A DNA stretch of 64,000 bases from Vicugna vicugna (lineage: Eukaryota), in the NCBI GenBank assembly GCA_013265495.1, contig MU058009.1, forward strand, positions 2,854,001 to 2,918,000. Direction: 5' to 3'. Shown here piece after piece: positions 60,201 to 64,000 of this stretch. A model generated the notes under the pieces. That model searched no databases and was not told the origin of the DNA. It saw only the letters and a program-made list of their open reading frames with translations. Within the stretch, counting starts at the first letter, position 1. The number at the start of each line of letters is the position of its first letter. The translations under genes were made by a program, and so were the position numbers.

Positions 60201-63200
60201 TGCCATATCTGAGCCTGGTTCTGGTGCTTGCTCTGTCTCTTCATATCGTGTTTTTTGCCTTTTAGCATGCCTTATAATTTTTTTCTTGATAGTTGCACAT
60301 GATGTACTGGGTAAAAGAAACTAATAAATAGTCCTTGAGTAATGTGACGGTACTGTGTTGGGGTGGGATGCTTCTATAGTCCTAAGATTAGATCTCAGTC
60401 TTTTAGTGAGCCTGTGTCTCTGAAATGTGAACCGTACACATGCTTCTGAGTTTTTTTCATCTCCTTGGGTGATCGGGTAGCTGGAAGGGGTTGGGGGTGT
60501 GTGTTTCCCTCCTTCTACACGGAAGGCTAGGAAGGACTGAAGGCGGGTATTTCCTGTCCCCCCCAGGTGGATCAGGCTGGGAAAATCCTCCGCAGTTTCA
60601 CCTCTAATAACATAGATTCCCTTGAGGGCAGGCCTTGGGAAGAAGAATGCTCTGGTGAATTTCCAAATGGCTCATTTTCTCCTCTCCCTGCTGGAAGCAC
60701 AAGGGGACTTTTGTTTAATATCCCCTGTGAGAATGGGGAGGTAAAACTCACAAGAGTGTGGGAGTCCCCACGCAGGTGACTCTTACATCTGCCCACAGTG
60801 AGCCTCCAGCAATTTATTAATTACAGTTTAGATTTTTTTTTTTCCCGGTCCCGATTACTGGTTCCCACAGAAGTTTCTGCTCCTGGGTTTCTGCTCTGGG
60901 AAATGGTGATTCTCTGTACTTGTCTGTCCATCTCTCCAATTTTGGAGGCAGTAGTTTGCTCTGATGGATCTAAGAAGAGTTGTTGATCTTTCAGAATTTT
61001 AAGACTTTTGCTTATGGTTGGGACAAAGTGCTGACTTGTAAGCTCTTTATTTGCTGAGCTGGAAACCAGAAGTCAGTCTTGGCTTTTTTCATTCAAGATA
61101 ATTCTTTGGCAATTCATCCAGGGAGTTGTGTGTATAAATAGCTTGTTTTTCTTCACTTCTGAGGAGTATCCTATGGTACGAATGTGACACATTAATTCAA
61201 CATTCATCCACTGAAGGGCATCTGGGCTGTTTCAGGTTTTTGGCTATAATGAAAAAAGCTGCTGTAAACATTTGTGTATAGGTTTCTGTGTGAAAATGTC
61301 ATTTATCTGGGATAATTCTCAGGAGTGCAATTGCTGGGTCATAAGTTAGTTGCATGTTTAGTTCTTTTTAAGAAATTGCTCAACTGTTTTCCAGAATGGT
61401 TGTACCATTTCATATTCCCGCCAGTCATGTGTGAGTGATCTTGTTTCTCCTGTCTTTATTGTTTACTTTAGCCACTCTGATAGATGTGTGGTGGTAGCGC
61501 CTATGGTTTTGATTTGCATTTCCTTAATGGCTAATAATTTCGAACATCTTTTCATGTGCTCATTTGCCATCTTTATATCCTCTTTGGATAGGTCTCCTCA
61601 TGTCCTTTGCTCACTTTCTAATTGGATTGTTTAGTTTTCTACTGAGTTCTGAATGTTCTTTATATATTCTAGATACTAGTCCTCTGTATGTGGTTGGAAA
61701 ATATGACCTCCCAGTTTGTGGACCTCTTAATAGGGTCTTCTGCAGAGCAAACGTTTTTAATTTTGATGAAATCTGATTTATCATTTTTCCTTTTGTGGAT
61801 TGTGATTTTGGTGTCATGTCTAGGGACTCTTTGCCTAGCCCTATATCCCAAACATTTTCTCCTATTTTTTTTAAAAAGGTTTTATATAATTTTACTTCAT
61901 CCTCTTCTTGCTTGCGTGGTTTCTGCTGAGGACAAGTCAGATATAATTATTATCTCGGCTCCTTTAAAGGTAAAGTATTTTAAAACCCTGTCTTCTTTTG
62001 ACATGTTTAAACTGGTTTCATATTTAAGTCCATGATCCATTCTGAGTGATTTTTTAGAATAAGGTGTAAGACTTGGATTGAGGTTCGTTTTGTTGCCTCT
62101 GAGTGTCCAGTTATTCCAGCACCATTTATTGAAAAGGCTGTGCTTTCCTCAATGAATTGCTTTTGCATCTTTATCAGTAATCAATTTGACCTTTTTGTGT
62201 GGATCCATTTCTGGGTTCTCTATTCTGTTGCATTGATCTATATAGTTTTCTCTCGGCCAGTGCACACAGTTTTTATTACTGTAGCTATGTAATATCTTGA
62301 AATTGGGCAGATCATTTCCTCTTTCTTATTCCTCTTTTCCAAAATTTCTTTTAGCTATTCTAGTTTGTTTGCCTTCCCGTTTAAATTTTGGAATAAACTT
62401 GTCTCCAGCTGCAAAAATCCTTGATGGCATTTTGATAAGAATTATGTTAAATCTGAATATAATTTTGAGGAGAATTGACGTCTTTGCTATGTTGAGCCTT
62501 CCAATCCATGAGCATAGTATGTCTTTCCATTTATTTAGGTATTCTTTCTTTCATCAGCATTTTGTAGTTTTTAGCATAAAAATTCGATACATGTTTTGTT
62601 AGATTTACACTTAAGTGTTTAATTTTTTTCAGGTATTGTAAATAATATTGTATTTGTACTTTTAGTATCTATGTGTTCATTGCTAGCATATAGATAAATT
62701 ATTCAGTTTAAAATGTTTATCTTGTACCTGGTAAGCTTGCTGAACTCACTCAATTCTAGGACTTTAAAAAAATAGCTTCCTTGAGATTTCCTACATATAT
62801 AATAATGGTATCTGAAAATAGGGACAGTTATATGTCTTCATTTTGGATGTATATGCCTTTTATTTCCTTTTCTTCCCTTATCACACTGGCTAGAACCTTC
62901 AGCACTATGCGGAATAAGAGCAGTGAGGGCAGACACCCTTGTTTTGTTCCCAACTTGGAGGTGGTGGGTAGCATTATTTATTTCACCATTAAGTATATTG
63001 GCTGTAGGTGTTTGTAGATGTTCTTTATCAGATTGAGGATGATCCTTCTATTCCTAGTTTTCAGAGAGTTTTTAACCATAAATAGGTCATGAATTTTGTC
63101 AAATGCTTTTCCTGCACTGACTGATACCCATCATGAGCTGTTTCTTCTGCAGCCTGTTACCTGGTGGGTGACACCGACTGTGAATTGAATCATCCTTGCA

Positions 63201-64000
63201 TACCTGGAAGACACCTTATTAAATTGCACACCTAGTCAAGTCAGTAATTCATTAATGTATTGGGAAACTCTGTTTGCTCACATTTTGTTGAGGATTTTGG
63301 TGTTATTTTCGTGAGGGATGCTGATGTGTTTTCTTTCACTGTATTGTCTTTAGTATCAGGATAATGCTAACTTTATTAAAGAAATTGAGAAGTGTTTTCT
63401 TCTCTTCTATTCTCTGGAAGAGATTTATATAGAATTGGTGTTAATTTTTCTTTAAGTAGCATTCTCTAGGAACCCATTTGGGCCCAGAGATTTCTTTCTG
63501 GGGATTTAAAAAATTCTAAAATTCTTAATAGTTAAGGGCTATGCAAAGTGTCTTTCATTTTGAGTGAGTTGTGATAGTTTGTGTTTCTCAAGAAATTAGG
63601 CTCCTTCATTTAAGTTGTTTAATTTTCGTATGCAGAGCTGTTCATAGTATTCCCTTCTCCTCATGGTGTCTCTGAGATGTGTCATGTTATCCTCTATTTC
63701 ATTCTTAATGTTATTCATTTACATCTTCTCTCTTTTTGTCAGTCTTCTTCGAGGTTTGCCATTTTTTATTGATCATTTCAAAGAAGTAGTTTTTTATTTC
63801 ACTGATTTTTTTCCCCCTACTGTTTATCAGTTTTCAACTTCAATGATTTCTGCTTTTCTCTTTGTTTCCTTCCTTCCACTTTCTTTGGATTTATTTGTTC
63901 TTTTTCTAGGTTATTGAGGTGGGAGCTTAGATCATAGATTTGAGACTTATTCTGTTTTCTAGTGTATCGTTTAGTCCCATAAATTTCTCTCAAAGCAGTG
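57250..64000 (-). mobile_element. Mosaic of decayed ancient L1 (L1MC/L1MD-like) pieces: 3' UTRs, ORF1/5' region, ORF2 endonuclease and C-terminal fragments
   Basis: ORF2 EN-like GVAILISERPDFRERKVTRDEEEHYIMIQGS (58601-); ORF1 coiled-coil-like KIKNTVTEMKNA (~60050); ORF2-like DFIKIKNVCSAEDPIKR and GLVSRIYKEH (61.6-61.85 kb); many stops and frameshifts. Confidence 0.9.
59160..59183. repeat. (CA)n microsatellite within L1
   Basis: Direct reading. Confidence 0.9.

Noticed and set aside
1..64000. CRISPR arrays, operons, rRNA or prokaryote-type defence systems
   Set aside because: Intron-containing mammalian DNA; no regularly spaced repeat-spacer array or such genes seen.

Overview
Mammalian genomic DNA, probably camelid: a tRNA-Ala-derived SINE resembling Vic-1 lies at ~49.2 kb. 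The window holds the head-to-head ADAMTS8/ADAMTS15 pair. ADAMTS8 coding exon 1 is on the minus strand (745-1506) and the rest of that gene lies left of the window. ADAMTS15 is complete on the plus strand: 8 coding exons, 19171-37533, 2853 nt = 950 aa + stop, all GT-AG introns, poly(A) signal at 40164. The remainder is mostly repeats (MER58B, a Tigger1 derivative, MER21, MLT1, MIR, L2, an old L1 mosaic at 57-64 kb), microsatellites and two N gaps. I cannot support a claim of a new multi-gene system. The best non-obvious signals are: (1) an endogenous-retrovirus 3' end that appears to have been retroposed by L1 (env tail + U3-R + poly(A) + 12-bp TSD), 3 kb upstream of ADAMTS8; (2) an orphan CpG-island promoter at ~53-54.6 kb with clustered hypoxia-response-type motifs and a strong first-exon donor; (3) a 102-nt, stop-free, G-quadruplex-bearing intron 6 of ADAMTS15 with a competing +4 donor; (4) a strong CTCF motif between the two promoters; (5) apparent loss of the N679 glycosylation sequon. 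Repeat family names and human comparisons are from memory, not from database searches.
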